Shown here in pieces: positions 41,401-56,400 of a stretch of 64,000 nt of DNA. Under the pieces are notes generated by a model. That model worked only from the letters and a program-made list of their open reading frames with translations. It was not told where the DNA came from and ran no database searches. Location of the stretch: NCBI GenBank assembly GCA_040954595.2, contig CM082578.2:9905519-9969518 (forward strand), given 5' to 3'. Source of the DNA: Balanoglossus misakiensis (taxonomy: Eukaryota; Animalia; Hemichordata). Each line of letters starts with the position of its first letter. The first letter of the stretch is position 1. Made by a program: the position numbers and the translations under genes.

Positions 41401-44400
41401 CATAGATGATCCCACCATTTCATTGTAACATGGTTACCAAACCACTGAAAAGTGAAAGAAATGCATCAAGACTAGAGAAATGACAATATGATGCCGTTAT
41501 AACGAACAATTGCAGAGTATCTGAGTGATAATGTCATCCAATATTAGTTATGTTACTCACCATATGAGCTAACTCATGGGCAATAACTGCAGCCACACTG
41601 TGTTTCCTATAGTGAGAGTTGTAGCCAGGATCGTACACAAGTAAACTTTCCCTGTACAAGATCAATCCCCAATTTTCCATTGCACCAGAAGCGAAGTCGG
41701 GAACAGCCACCATATCTAAATTGCAATAAAACACGAATTTTAACATACATATCCTGAAATTCAAATACATAATGGATGTTTACCCTGTCAAGGGCAAAAG
41801 GTTTTTCTTGGAGTGTATTATTTGAAGACGTATTTTTTCACGTTACCTTCTTTTGGGAGAGGGTATGGGATTTCGTAGTAATCTTCAAAGTATGTCAGCA
41901 TTTCACTTCCAACGTGGAGGGAGTAGTTCAAGTGTGGCACCAGTTCTTTGCGAGCCCACACTCGAAACTACGGAGTAAACAAACGTGGAATTAATATGCA
42001 TAGAATTTTTTGTGCAGACAATAATACAATGGTGCACAACATACACAGCTGTAATCAACTAGAACGTCAGTATCTCCTTACCGTTACGTTGTTCGCAGTC
42101 GTCATCTCCAGACTTCCGAAATCTGCTACAACAATTGCAATCAAGTATGTTGGCATGACAACGCTCGTAGTGTCAAAAACAGTAGTATTCCAGTCGCCAT
42201 CGTGACTGGTCTCCACCACTGGCATATTGCAGAGTGCAACTCGGCTGTTTCTGTGTATGATGGTGACTTGGAAGAAAGCCTTGAGTTGTGGTTCATCGAA
42301 ACATGGGAATGCTCGTCTGGCGAGAGTTGATTCAAACTGTGTGGCGATTGCACGTCTGAAAGTCAACAGAAAATGAAGTATAACACATTATTATAAACGT
42401 CAATACCTAATGTTCTTGTGAAATTATAACACATGACGTGAGTGGTATACGCATACAACGTAGTGTGATCAAGGGGCGTTTGCTTACTTTATTTCAGGGT
42501 CGCCAGTATCGGTGTAGTTACTGAGATAAAGTCCTTGCAAATCGCTGTGCAGGAGAGTTCCCGTGAATGAGTCAATTGTAACTGTGTACTCCAGTCCTTC
42601 CTGCAGGTCGCTGATAAGATAGATTTTCACAAACTCGTACTTTTCCACAACTTCTACTCTGTCGACTGGCACCGTTTGAGAGGGCGTGCCTACTGTTGCT
42701 ACGGTGATCATTGAGTCTGAAGCGTTGACTTTCATGGTGTCGTGCGCGTGCAAGATGATGACGTTGGTTGAATTCATCACTTCGAAAGTAATTTCGACGC
42801 TGCCGTCGAAAGAGAACCTTCTCTCGCCGTCTTCTTCATCCAAATAAGGTTTGATTGAAACGGTGTAGAACGAAGGTTTCAATGTTTCAGGCAATCGTCC
42901 ATCGAATGGTTCCCTCTCCACAGGCACCTCTGTGTCATCTGTTGCTTGTACCAACTGTTGATAAACTGCATCATAATTTCGTTCCATCCACTGGATGTTG
43001 AGTTTCACCTTGTCAACATTGCTGTCGTATGTGCTCTTCGCGAAGCCTGGTGTGTATTGATTTTTTCTTCCAAATTCTTCAAGCTTAAAAGTAATCAAAC
43101 GTTGTTATGAAATTAGTGTCTGGCATCACATAACGATTCTGAAATTGTATGTACATAGTTTCTATAGTTAATAGTGTATATTTTGTTTTGCTTGTTTTTG
43201 TGTGTATACAAATGCAACATAAGTAGAAAATGTATTATTCAAACATACCTGCATCAGATCTGTAGCGGTGTTCATGAAATCTGAAAACTGCCAGACAATG
43301 TTGAATGCACTGTTTCCGTGACTGAAAAGAACAAAAAAACATCTATTTCAGTACTAAAGCCTGGAACAATTTAGATGGATTAAAACAGTTATAGTATATT
43401 CAAATACAAATTGAAATAAAATAAACGTGAAAACATAGGACAAGATCTCTTTTCGTGCGGTCAATTCATATAATCAGAGTTTACATACGCTTCTCGAAGG
43501 GCATCCCAATTTGCCATGGTGAACTCCCATGCCAGGGAATATCCAATGGGGGAATTACGAAGTACATAGCCGATGACAGTGTTTGTTTCTCTCTTCTCCA
43601 GAGCATACTGCATATATCTGAAAATAAACAGACATTAATGTTTGTGGTCCTTTGTATGTGAAATAACATGAGTAGATATAAGACATAAAGTTTAGCAAGT
43701 AAAAAGCAATCACTTAAATTCGATTTTATCACTCTTAGTCACGAATTATTGTTACTTATGTTTTCTTCAATACCTGTTAATGATCCATTGTTCTTTGCTG
43801 CAGGATAACGCCCACCGTACGTTTGTCCTCTCACCCGACGGCATATTTCCACTGTCGTAGAGGCTCCAAGCTCTCTCCCAGTCTTCCTCAGTTCCATGTT
43901 GTATGGCGGTGCAATACACAGTGTCTTTGATGTTGATGTGCATAAATCTTAAGTGGAAAAAAATTCCAGAACACATAATGAAAACCCGTAATTTTGCATT
44001 TAACATGATACAGAAAATATCGCATTGTTTTCTACAGTAGTTTACTGCAAAGGAATAAGTGTTCGAGCACTTACGACGTGTCTTGTGGGTTGTCCAACCA
44101 GCGTCTAAATTGAGATATGGAACTATCTACACAGTCCTGGTGGCCATAGTAACAGGCTGTCTCGATTGCATTCATTTGTTTGTAACTGTTGATAAACAGG
44201 AATGTGTAAATGGAATGCACGTACATTGTTCTACAATTTTAGTGACATAAGCAAGTGTACATATACCTTGCAACTTGCAGCTTCATGGTAATGTTTGGTG
44301 TTTGGAAGGATAAGATGTGAGTCAGAGAGACCTAAGGACTTACTAGGACAGGTGATCATCATGACTGAAGTCCCATCGTTTTTCCCAGTACTGATTGCTG

Positions 44401-47400
44401 ATAAGTGATCGCAAATGTTCCTGCAAGAACAAAATATGGCAGATTGGTGATCGTTCCATTTAATACATTCTTGCTGACTGGATATAGTTCATCGCTGGGA
44501 ACAGAGTTCGTTATAGCCGATATTTTGGCAATTTTAAAATGTTCTCCCATGTTAAAGAAATAATTACCTCCAAGTATCCATATGCTGCAGTTCTCTTCAG
44601 CATATCTCTGGTGTATCCATGTCTGGCCACAGCTGTGAACCACGGCAGGTAATCTGTCTCCTTTGATAAGTACTCTAACAATTTGATGGAGTAGACCTGG
44701 TCCATTTGATGGGCATGCGCCATAGAAAATGCTTCTTCTAGCAACTGTGACCTTGTCCGGACTGGGATGGTCTAAAGGGAAAAACATAAGCGAAATGTTT
44801 TCACTTCTACTGAAGTAACCAGTGCAATTATATAGTACAATACATTTCAATATATACGCACTGCGCAATACGGATGCAAACTACGGCACGTCCAAATCTT
44901 CTAGTGACCATACATGGAAAATCGAATATCGAGAAAATAGAATAATCATCACAAATGGGTATCGTAAACTTACTGTGTGATCCTGTTCTTTCAAAAATGT
45001 TGCCAGTTTATCCCAGTTGTCATTTTCATAGAGAACTCGATAGAATCCTCTGTGGTCGAGATTTACTAAGTACCAATCGTCACTGGAGGAGGATGTCAGC
45101 GTGAAATTAGCTGAAATTTAAGAGAAAAATGGTTAATTCCTCCAATGGAAATGTGTGAGTTTTATATTGTTGTTTCCTAAATTGTTTTTTCATGACAATG
45201 CAAGGGTAAGACTGTTGATTTTACTGAGATCTCCTTTTGTTTTGTAATGTATTAAGTGGGTTGTTACATATATAAGAAACTTCAGTCTCCATATATATCT
45301 GTGCTAACAAACAACTGAAATGTACCTGGTCCCATTTCCATCCATGTATTATGTGGGGTATCAAATTCCATTTCGGACTGGTCAGTGTAGGTTAAATAAA
45401 CGTACCACTTATATCTGTAAATATAAAAATATAACACAAATAATGACACTACAAATTATATTGTTGGCAAAGACTGGCTGTCTTAGAAATAAGAGGTCTC
45501 CATAGTAAACATATACATGTATTGTTTATAGATAAGTTCAAAAATGATCTTTTATTTCACGTCAACATCTAAGTTGTACGCAATATCTTCCATATACGAA
45601 GGTAACCTTACCCCATGTCATAGTAGTTGTTATTTGGTTCTTCATTTGGATCCATGATGAATCTCTTCTGTTCTGCGTGGATGACGTCACCATCACGTGT
45701 TACAGTGACAATTGGGTATCCCATCTGCAGTGTCCATGTATCCATCACCTTTTGTACGTCTGTGTTCTTCTTGCCCTCATCAGCCTGTGTTGGAATACCA
45801 TTTAAGCATTTTAGTTATTTTAGCATTCAACTATTGAAAGGAGAATGATGTATACGATTTATCATATTTTTTATCACGAATGTACACCAAATGCTTTAGT
45901 AAATAAATAAATAAATAAATAAATATATCAATATTAACCTTTGTAAGCTCTGCAAATAGGTCATGTGACTCTGCATTTGAGTTTTCGTACTTATTCAGAT
46001 AGTTTTGGAGACCAATCTTCAAAGTGTCTTCGCCAAGGAAAGTCTTCATCATCATGATCAACGAGGACCCCTGTAACAAATTCACAATTGATTTCTTAAG
46101 TTCATATATGTTTTAACAATGGCATAACCTTGAGTACACATGAATCTGTACGTGAGTTGAGTGACAAGACAGACAGACAGACAGACAGACAGGCAGGCAG
46201 ACATGCGGATGGACGGACAAAGACACATTTAGCAAATAATCGAGGAGAAGACATACATGTACTTACCCTTTGATATGCTATCCTATCGAACATACCGTCT
46301 ATTTCATCATTCCAACCCACAGGTCGTACAGTTGGACGAGAGGACCAGGAATCGTCATACTCTAATGCTCGGTACATATCATCTCTAGGGTGGAATTGGT
46401 CAAACTGAAAAAAGAAAGGTGCATGAACGCCATGTTTTGTAGTAGAGAGGAACTATATATACCTTCATAACTACATGAATTCATATTTCTTTAACAAAGC
46501 GGAAATAGAGAATGATTCTCTTGGGTTATAGCTTAGATATGTGTATGCAGGAAAATACATCATACCATCTGCCATGTTGGTTCAACGACTTCTAATGGTG
46601 GACATTCCAAGTAACTTGCAAATCCTTCGTTCAACCATAGGTGATCCCACCATTCCATTGTAACATGGTTACCAAACCACTGAAAAGTTAAGAAAATATA
46701 TCAAAATAAGAGATATGACAATTGAAGTGTATTTAAGTGATAGTGTCATTTATTATTGGTTATCGTACTCACCATATGAGCTAACTCATGGGCGATTACT
46801 GCAGCCACACTGTGTTTCCTATAATGAGAGTTGTATCCAGGATCGTACACAAGTAAACTTTCCCTGTACAAGATCAATCCCCAGTTCTCCATTGCACCAG
46901 AAGCAAAGTCGGGAACAGCCACCATATCTAAATTTCAATAAAAAACATGAATTTAAACATAGAAGTAACCTGAATTCAAATATAATGGATGTTTACACTG
47001 TCAAGGACAAAAAAGTGTACAGGTTGATGGAGTGTATTATTTGAAGACGTATTTTTTCTCGTTACCTTCTTTTGGGAGTGGATATGGGATTTCGTAGTAA
47101 TCTTCAAAGTATGTCAGCATTTCACTTCCAACGTGGAGGGAATAGTTCAAGTGTGGCACCAGTTCTTTGCGAGCCCACACTCGAAACTACGGAATAAACA
47201 AACGTGGAATCAATGTGCATAGAATCTTTTTGTACAGACAATAATACAATGGTGCACGACATACAAAGCTGTAATCAACCAAAACTTCTCCTTACCGTTA
47301 CGTTGTTCGCAGTCGTCATCTCCAGACTTCCGAAATCTGCTACAACAATTGCAATCAAGTATGTTGGCATGACAACGCTCGTAGTGTCAAAGACAGTAGT

Positions 47401-50400
47401 ATTCCAGTCGCCATCTTGGTTAGTCTCCACCACTGGCATATTGCAGAGTGCAACTCGACTATTTCTGTGTATGATGGTGACTTGGAAGAAAGCTTTGAGT
47501 TGTGGTTCATCAAAACATGGGAATGCTCGTCTGGCTAGAGTTGATTCAAACTGTGTGGCAATTGCACGTCTGAAAGTCAACAGAAAATGAAGTATAACAC
47601 ATTATTATAAACGTCAATACCTAATGTTCTTGTGAAATTATAACGCATGACGTGACGTGTATATGCATACAACGTTATGTGATCAAGGGGCGTTTGCTTA
47701 CTTTATTTCAGGGTCGCCAGTATCGGTGTAGTTACTGAGATAAAGTCCTTGCAAATCGCTGTGCAGGAGAGTTCCCGTGAATGAGTCAATTGTAACTGTG
47801 TACTCCAGTCCTTCCTGCAGGTCGCTGATAAGATAGATTTTCACAAACTCGTACTTTTCCACAACTTCTACTCTGTCGACTGGTACAGTTTGAGAGGGCA
47901 TGCCCACTGTTGCTACGGTGATCATGGAGTCTGAAGCGTTGACTTTCATGGTGTCGTGCGCGTGCAAGATGATGACGTTGGTTGCATTCATTACTTCAAA
48001 AGTAATTTCGACACTGCCGTCGAAAGAGAACCTTCTCTCGCCGTCTTCTTCATCCAAATAAGGTTTGATTGAAACTGTGTAGAACGAAGGTTTCAATGTT
48101 TCGGGCAATCGTCCATCAAATGGTTCTCTCTCCACGGGCACCTCGGTGTCATTTGTTGCTTGTACCAACTGTTGATAAACGGCGTCAAAGTTCCTTTCCA
48201 TCCACTGGATGTTGAGTTTGACTTTATCTACGGTGTTTTTGTAAGTGTCTTGTGAAAACCCAGGCGAGTATTGATACCGGTTACCAAAATCTTCGAGCTG
48301 AAAATATAAAATAACACGTATCTCAGACTCTGTTGCCTCATCCTGTATTACTATTGTTTTCACATGATTTTATGAAACAATTTATAGCTATTGGCGTCTT
48401 TAACAATAACCCTCGACATCTCGTATTTACGGATGGTACCTTAGTATACATCATGCTCACACTATTAGACACCACATACCTTCACCAGATCTTCGTAAGT
48501 GTTCATAAAGTCGCCAAACTGCCACACAATACTGAATGCACCACTTCCATGACTAAAGTTAACGAAAACAGAGGGGAGGGAAATTATCAAATAACCTGCA
48601 CTCAGCGCAAAAAATTGACTACATCGGGTCTTGATATTTAGATTGTTCCTTAAGTTGAAATAAGTAATATAATACGTTTATTTGGTTGGTTAATCAATGT
48701 GTTTACATCTGAATTACGACATTTGAGTCATAAACGATTCTTGGAATGGCACTGAAACTGTTTCAAGCAATAAATCTTGAGGACTTACGCTTGCCTGAGA
48801 GCATCCCAGTTGGAAAGAGTAAATTCGAGTGCCAGTGTATATCCTATGGCAGAGTTGCGGAGTACATCACCGATGACGTTGTTTGCTTGGTTCTTGGAGA
48901 GAGCATACTCAAGATACCTGGAGAGAATTAAAAAATAATCGATTATTTTGACATTTTATTTTCGTGGCAAGTGGATTTTACAGCACAGATTGACCATTAT
49001 GGAAAGTCATTTTGTTTCATTCTCTTGGTGTCATTATTAATCAAGTGTGTGTCAACTCTAAACTTCAGCAATCACTTTTAAATACAACGACTTTACTCAT
49101 GATCATAGAAGTGTAGCCTACGTATTGCTAGTGTTAACAAGTTGTCGTTCCATTGTCGGCGCATACTAAGTGCTATCATAATCAGGTTTGTTTCATGATA
49201 AATTTAAAAAAGGTCTGATTTACCTCTGGATTATCCACTGTTTGTCAGAGCACGCCAGTGCTGACCGGATACTGCCTCGTTCACCAGATGGCACATTTTC
49301 GCTGTCATAAAGACTCCATGTTGTCTCCCAAACGTCTTCAGTTCCATACTTGATGGCGGTGCAATATACAGTGCTCTTGATGTTGACGTGAATAACCCTG
49401 CATGTGTGACGGTTATTCTGCATTATGATTTTGTTTCTTTAATAGTTTAACTGTTAATTGTAGTTCATGATTCAAGAACAGATCTAGAAGCACGGTGCAG
49501 TACTTGTATACACCTACAAACTTCATAACACGGGCTACCAATTTTCTTAACCAACTTGTTAATCGGCTGTTATTGGGATAAGCTACTTCTTTTGTGTACA
49601 GGTATCTATATATTTGTTACTTACGATGTGTCTTCAGGATTGTCTAGCCACTGATTGAACTGGGCCTTCGCATTCTCAACACAGTCTTGGTGTCCATAGA
49701 AACAGGCTGTTTTGATGGCGTCCACTTGTTTGTAGCTGTCGTGAAAAGTAAAACGGCCGTGAACCAATCGTCATTTAAAGTTTAGTATTCGGCGAAATGT
49801 TTTTCAATTCTACGAACTGGATCCGGATTTATATTAAAATACACCATGTTAATTGCTAGGAGAGAAACTGATACGTCGAGAGATTTCGCCTCTATGGTAC
49901 CCAGCATTGTCCTTGATTATTTCCAACAAGATTATTCCATGCCACAAGTACCCAAATACAAAACACTACATGAAAGACGCGACAGTTTATCAGACAAAAA
50001 TACACCAACTGTAGAAAAGTACGTGTTTAGAAACTAATCTTTTTACAGAAATTGTCAAGAATCGCTTCCGAAAAAGACTCGACTCTGTGTAACTGAACAT
50101 AAACAAAATTACACTTACTATGCCACATGTTCGTCGTGAGAAAAGTCCCATCGTTTTTCCCAATAGATGCTATTGATCAGACTTCGCAGGTGTTCCTATA
50201 GGGAGGATTTGATAAGACATTGTTGATCTTGTACGTTTGTGGGAAAAATCCGTTAAATCGTATAACTGATATCCCCCTCACGGCCACATAGCCTGCATAT
50301 CGAAACAGCTATATACATGTATTAATTATTTCCACATCCACAACGTTATATGAGATTATTATACCGAACATTTGACCATACATACAGCATAGAGGGTTGC

Positions 50401-53400
50401 GTCCATAGGTTGTACATTGCAGGTTGCAGCGAACTAAAATATCTCGCCGTACCTACTTCGAACTCAGATAATCTTGAGCAAACCGCGCTGTTGGTTGCGA
50501 CTTTGGTGTATTTACTGTCCGTTTGCGGTAAAATGTCGTCCAGTTGAACAGGTGTTAATCCTGTGTGTCGCTTTGAAGCCATAGATGCGGGAGTTGACTG
50601 ATGGTGAAGGAAGCCATTGAACGACAGTTTGTTGTGCGCAGAAAAGATGCGCAGAGCCTAAGACCTGTTCTCAGCCTGCAATATACACTCAGCGCGCGCG
50701 TATCCCCGGCCCGTAGCCCCTACCTACGGGCCATATACTCTGTCAACCATGTGATATCACGTTCTTTTCTATGTCACGTGGTACGGTCTCAGCCAATCAA
50801 TAGTACGGGATACAGAGTGAGGTGTAATAAAATTAATATTATATTATACCAGTATATTGATGGTGTAAATCATGTTATTTGATTGGTCGAGACACGACAC
50901 GTGACCGTGATATATTAGCCATATACCACAGTCATATATCATAGTCAAAGAAAATGCCTTTTTAAAATGTTTTATGCAAAGTTTCAATATACTGGCATAA
51001 TATAATAGCAATAAAACACCCCCAGCCATGGTATACCACTCGATTTTGACCAGTTCAACTCCATATACGCACTCGCTATCGCTCGTGCGTATATGTCGTG
51101 AACTGGTCAAAATCTCGTGGTATACCATGGCTGGGGGTGTTTTATTGCTTAAACACATGTCATGCTCGGGCAATATCATGATCTTTGGCCTGCCCTCGTG
51201 CTGGTGATCTCTGACCATAATATTGATCATCAATATTATGGTCAGAGATCACCATCCCTCGTGCAGGCCAAAGATCATGATATTGCCCTCGCTAACATGT
51301 GTTATTATTTAAATATAGAAGGTAAAGCTTTACCTCCAAGTATCCATACGCCGCGGTTCTCTTCAGCATATCTCTGGTGTATCCGTGTCTTAAGATTGCC
51401 GTGTACCAGGGTATGTATTCCGTCTCTTTGGATAAGTACTCCAACAATTTGATGGAGTAGACCTGGTCCATTTGATGGGCGTTTGCAATGGAGAATGCTT
51501 CTTCCAACAGCTGTGATCTTGTCCGGACAGGGATGGCCTGAAATGCAAAAATCCGGTCCAATGTTGAAAATTTTAAGAAAACCATCGACTGTTGATAAAA
51601 TTCGATAAAGGAGTCGCCTTTGCTAAAAGCCGTGTAGACTTACGGTATGATCTTCATCCCTCAGGAAGCGTGCCAATTTCTCCCAATTGTCGTTTTCATA
51701 TTTCACTCGATAGAATCCCCTGTTGTCAATATTCACCAAGTACCAATCATCAGCGGTCGCCGATGACATCAAAGTGAAATTGGCTGAAATCACAGAAATT
51801 ATTTTGTTAAAATGGATGCGGATAGATGTAAGTGTGTGTGGAGTCTGTATGAAAACAAGAAGATATATACTCTTTCACAAGACGTAAGCTTATGGTATCA
51901 CTTAGCGCAACAGATATATTACCTGGTCCCATGTCCATCCATGTTTCATGTGGACTGTCAAACGCCATTTCTTGTCTGTCGGTGTATGTTATAGGAATGT
52001 ACCATTTGTAGCTGTAAGCGACATTAACAACTGTTATAAGCGACTTGTGTTTTCCGAAACTATCATGCATTTCGATATGCAATCGTTTTATCACAGCATT
52101 CACGAATGATATTATTTCCTTTCAAAAGTTCACGATGGAAGGATAACACTTCATCACCTGAATTCAAAAGCACATTAACTACGATTTTTGTCTATGGAAT
52201 TCCTCACCCCATGTCATAGTAGTTATCATTTGGTTCTTCATTTGGATCCATGATGAATCTCTCTTGTTCTGCGTGGATGACGTCACCGTCACGTGTCAGA
52301 GTGACGATTGGATAACCCATCTGCAGTATCCATGTATCCATCACCATCTTCACGTCGGTATCCTTTTTGCCAACATCGGCCTGTGACATGGACAACGAAA
52401 GCAACTTAAGGTTTATTCGTTGCATTTTTGTGTCATTGGGTTTTATGTGGAAGATCATATGCCCACATATTGCCAGTCAAGTGGGCTTAGCTTACCATGA
52501 AAGAACTGCAAACTCTATGGGGCTCATGGGAGTAAAGGTGGGAAGGGAAAAGCATCAGTGAAGTGAATTTATATTATGGTCAAATACACTCGCATTTTTG
52601 ATTTACAGTAAAAAGAAAGCTTCTAAATGTTTTACTGGGCAGGATGAGATTAGTATGAACTGGTGTAGTAACGGAACACGCAAATGTCTAGAATGTGTTC
52701 AGGTTTACCATTGTGAGCTCAGCAAACAAGTCATCTGAGACAGCATTGGAGTACTCGTATTTGTGCAGGTAGTTCTGGAGGCCAGTCTTGAATGTCTCTT
52801 TTCCAAGGAATGTTTCCATCATCATATTCAGACATGAACCCTGCAAACATAGAGGGGGCATTAAAATTATAATCAATATATTTGATGGACTATTGAAATG
52901 ATATACTTGTGTACACAAATGACCTTGTAGATATACAGAACACTTGCAGTCACACAGGTCACTGATACAAGTAGAACTACCCAACAAGTTAACTGAGCAA
53001 TAGTGACGCGTCCTACCCTTTGATAGGCTATCCTGTCAAACTGACTCCAAATGACGTCTGGCCAGCCAACTGGTCTTACTACAGGGTGCGAGGACCATGT
53101 ATCGTCGGCGTCCAAGGCTCGGTGTAGATCATCTCGTGGGTGAAACTGGTCAAACTGAGGAGGAAAAGTGTACATGGTACAGAAAAGGTCAGTGCTAGAT
53201 AATGAAATGCGAACAGTGATAGGCTACTTACAGTATTATTCGTGTATTGTAATAGCAAACACACTAATTGTTTGATTAAACTTACCGCATCCCAGCTGGG
53301 TTCCACAGCTTCCAACGCTGGGTATTCGTAGAAACTGGCGTATCCTTCATTTAGCCACACGTGATCCCACCATTCTAGAGTCACCAGGTTTCCAAACCAC

Positions 53401-56400
53401 TGAAAAGTAATAAAAAATGTCCGTGGTTTGTTTCTCAAGCTTTAATTACAATCTGAAATCGCGATGAACATCATTTAGCGTTGCCCCTTCTTGAACGTAC
53501 TGACTGTTTATATGAAGATGATAGTTCACATATCATGCGGATTTAGGTATGTATCACACATTTTCTAACCATGTGAGCCAGCTCATGAGCAATGATGGCC
53601 GCAACTCCATGCTTTCTGTACTGGGTGTTTTCTTCCGGATCGTAGAGTAGAGCAGTTTCTCTGTAGAGGATCAGTCCCCAGTTCTCCATGGCGCCGAAAT
53701 AGAAATCAGGAATGGCGACCATGTCTGGAAACAAATATCAGTTGAACAGTGGCTTGTAAATGCGAGCGCGATATAGAGTATATATTATTCATAAATACCG
53801 TAAAAAACGCAAGCAGATTATACCATTTCCACATGCATATAAAGGTAGTCACCCCTACCTTCTTTTGGAAGTGGATAATCAATCCCCCAGTAATCTTCAA
53901 AGAATGTCAACATTGCACTTCCGGCGTGGAGAGAATAATTCAACGATGGGACAGCTTCTGGCCGTGACCATAGTCGCATCTACGTATACAGTAATCGGTG
54001 ATTGTTAAAAAACGAAGCAGTATTTATCTGCATCTTATTCCAGATGGGTATTACCTTATCGCTATATGCATATATAACACAGACAAAGTGTGAATATCGG
54101 TTTTTAAGCAACGCCAAATTTTACTGACGCTTGCAAAAAAATGTTCGCTCACCGTTATATTATTTGGCGTCTGCATTTCAACACTTTCAAAGTCAGCCAC
54201 AACGATGGCAAGTAAGTAGGTCGGCATGACAACTGCTGTCCTCTGGAACACAGTGGTCTTCCAGCCACCATCCACCGACGATTGCTGTTCTGGCATGTTG
54301 CACAGCGCCACTCGCGATGGTCTGTGAACCACGGTCATGTCGAATTGTGCCTTGAGGGCGGGCTCATCAAAGCACGGGAATACTCTTCTAGTGTTTGTGG
54401 TCTCCAGTTGAGTTGCCACCAAATGCCTGAAAAGTGGTTATACAACGAAAATCGAGAGAAGTTTTGATTTGTGTGCGCTATGTCACACGTCTATGCTGTT
54501 ACTGCTTTTCCATAATGCTATTGTACAAAGATGTAAGCAGTATGTTTATTCATGACAGATAAAGCGGCTATTTTTCCCCCAAAATTATCGATCCTGCATG
54601 CCTTCGAAACTTGTGACATTGATATCTGTCTGATATGTGGATTTATGTGCAGATTTGACAGAGATGACAAATTCACTCACTTTAAATCGTTGTTTCCACC
54701 CTCGGTGTAGTTACTGAGATACATCCCTTGGAAGTCGGCGTGATGCAGAGTTCCTGTGAATGCGTTGATTCTGATGATGTACTCAGTGCTCATCTGCAGT
54801 GGACTCGCGAGATAGATCTTGACGAACTCGTACTTTACGTCAACTTCTACTCTGTCGACTGCGATGGTTTGAGAAGGATTCGCCGATTCTTCCACCGTGA
54901 TCATAGAGTCGGAATCGTCCACTTTCAGAGTGTTGTGCGCGTGTAACACTATGATATCTGTTGAGGCCATCACATCGAAAGTGATTTCAACGCTGCCGTC
55001 AAAGGTGAATCGTTTCTCGCCGTCTTCTTCGTCCAAGTACGGTTGGACGGTAACTGCGTACAGAGAGGGTTCCAGCGTCTCGGGTAAGCGTCCGTCGAAC
55101 TCTTCCCTCTCTTCCGGCGGTGGTTCGGTGCCTGTTGTTGCGTCCATCAGTTGCTGGTAAACCGCTTCGTAATTTCGTTTCATCCACTGAATGTTGAGTT
55201 TGACCTTGGCTACAGTGCTTTCGAACGTCTTGTCAGGAAAGCCTGGCACGTATTGATACATTCTGCCGAATTCTTCCAGCTGAAAGAAGCACAACGAAAT
55301 TCATGTATAAGCTTTACTGTGTATTAGGTAATGCTGCAATGCAACTAGAACTTTACTAACTTGCTCGTTAAATCAAGTTGTGCAACATTTACTGACACTG
55401 ACAGACATATTTATTTGGTAGTGGTTCTTGTGTGTAAAAAAGAACATAAACAACATGAAACACAATCATACTCCACCTTCCAATTAACAGATTACGCTAG
55501 ACAAATATAATTACCTTTTTCAGATCGTCGTAAGTATTCATGTAGTCAGCAAATTGCCAGACGATATCGAAAGCACTGTTCTCGTGTCTGAAATAGAGAA
55601 AAAAAAATATGCGTTGGCGACGAACGCAATCGAACATTGAACAGAATGCTATACCAAAGCTCGTAGCTTTAACTTTTGGCTATCTCAGTACCAACTATTT
55701 TGCTTAACTAAGTTAAGCAAAACACAGAATTTACACTCAAAATAACCATGTGTTTACTTATGGAGCTGTTTATCCCATAGAGGTAAAAGGCCAAAATGCT
55801 AATAAAGAGGAGGTTATTTCTCTTCTTATTACGGATACGCTTACTACTGATTACTTACGCTTCTCTGAGAGCATCCCAGTTGGAGAGGGTAAACTCCAGT
55901 GCCATTGTGTATCCGATGGCAGAGTTGCGCAGTACACTGCCGATGACGCTGTTGGCTTCATTCTTCGCTAGAGCATATTCCAGGTACCTAGAAAGAATTT
56001 ACAGATGTTTACTGCGAAACCCAACGAAGCATATGACTTTCCAAAGAGCTGTGTGTTTCACCTTTACTTATCCTGTTGATTTGGCCCTACAACCCCAGTC
56101 GTTGACGCATATGATGGAACGCAGTGAACGTCTCTAACATTAGAGACATACAACTTAAATAATCAAGAATTACCTCTGGATTATCCACTGTTTGTCAGAG
56201 CACGCCAATGCTGACCGGATGCGGCCTCGTTCACCAGATGGCACATTTTCACTGTCATAAAGACTCCACGTTGTCTCCCAAACATCTTCAGTACCATACT
56301 TAATGGCGGTGCAATATACAGTATCCTTGATGTTCACATGAATCCGCCTGGTCAAATATAAATGAGATGCAGTAGTTAAGTTGGTTCCGTGATATAGTAA

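Noticed and set aside
55698-55722. 25-bp palindrome TTTTGCTTAACT-A-AGTTAAGCAAAA
   Set aside because: Isolated, AT-rich and intronic, with no supporting element structure.
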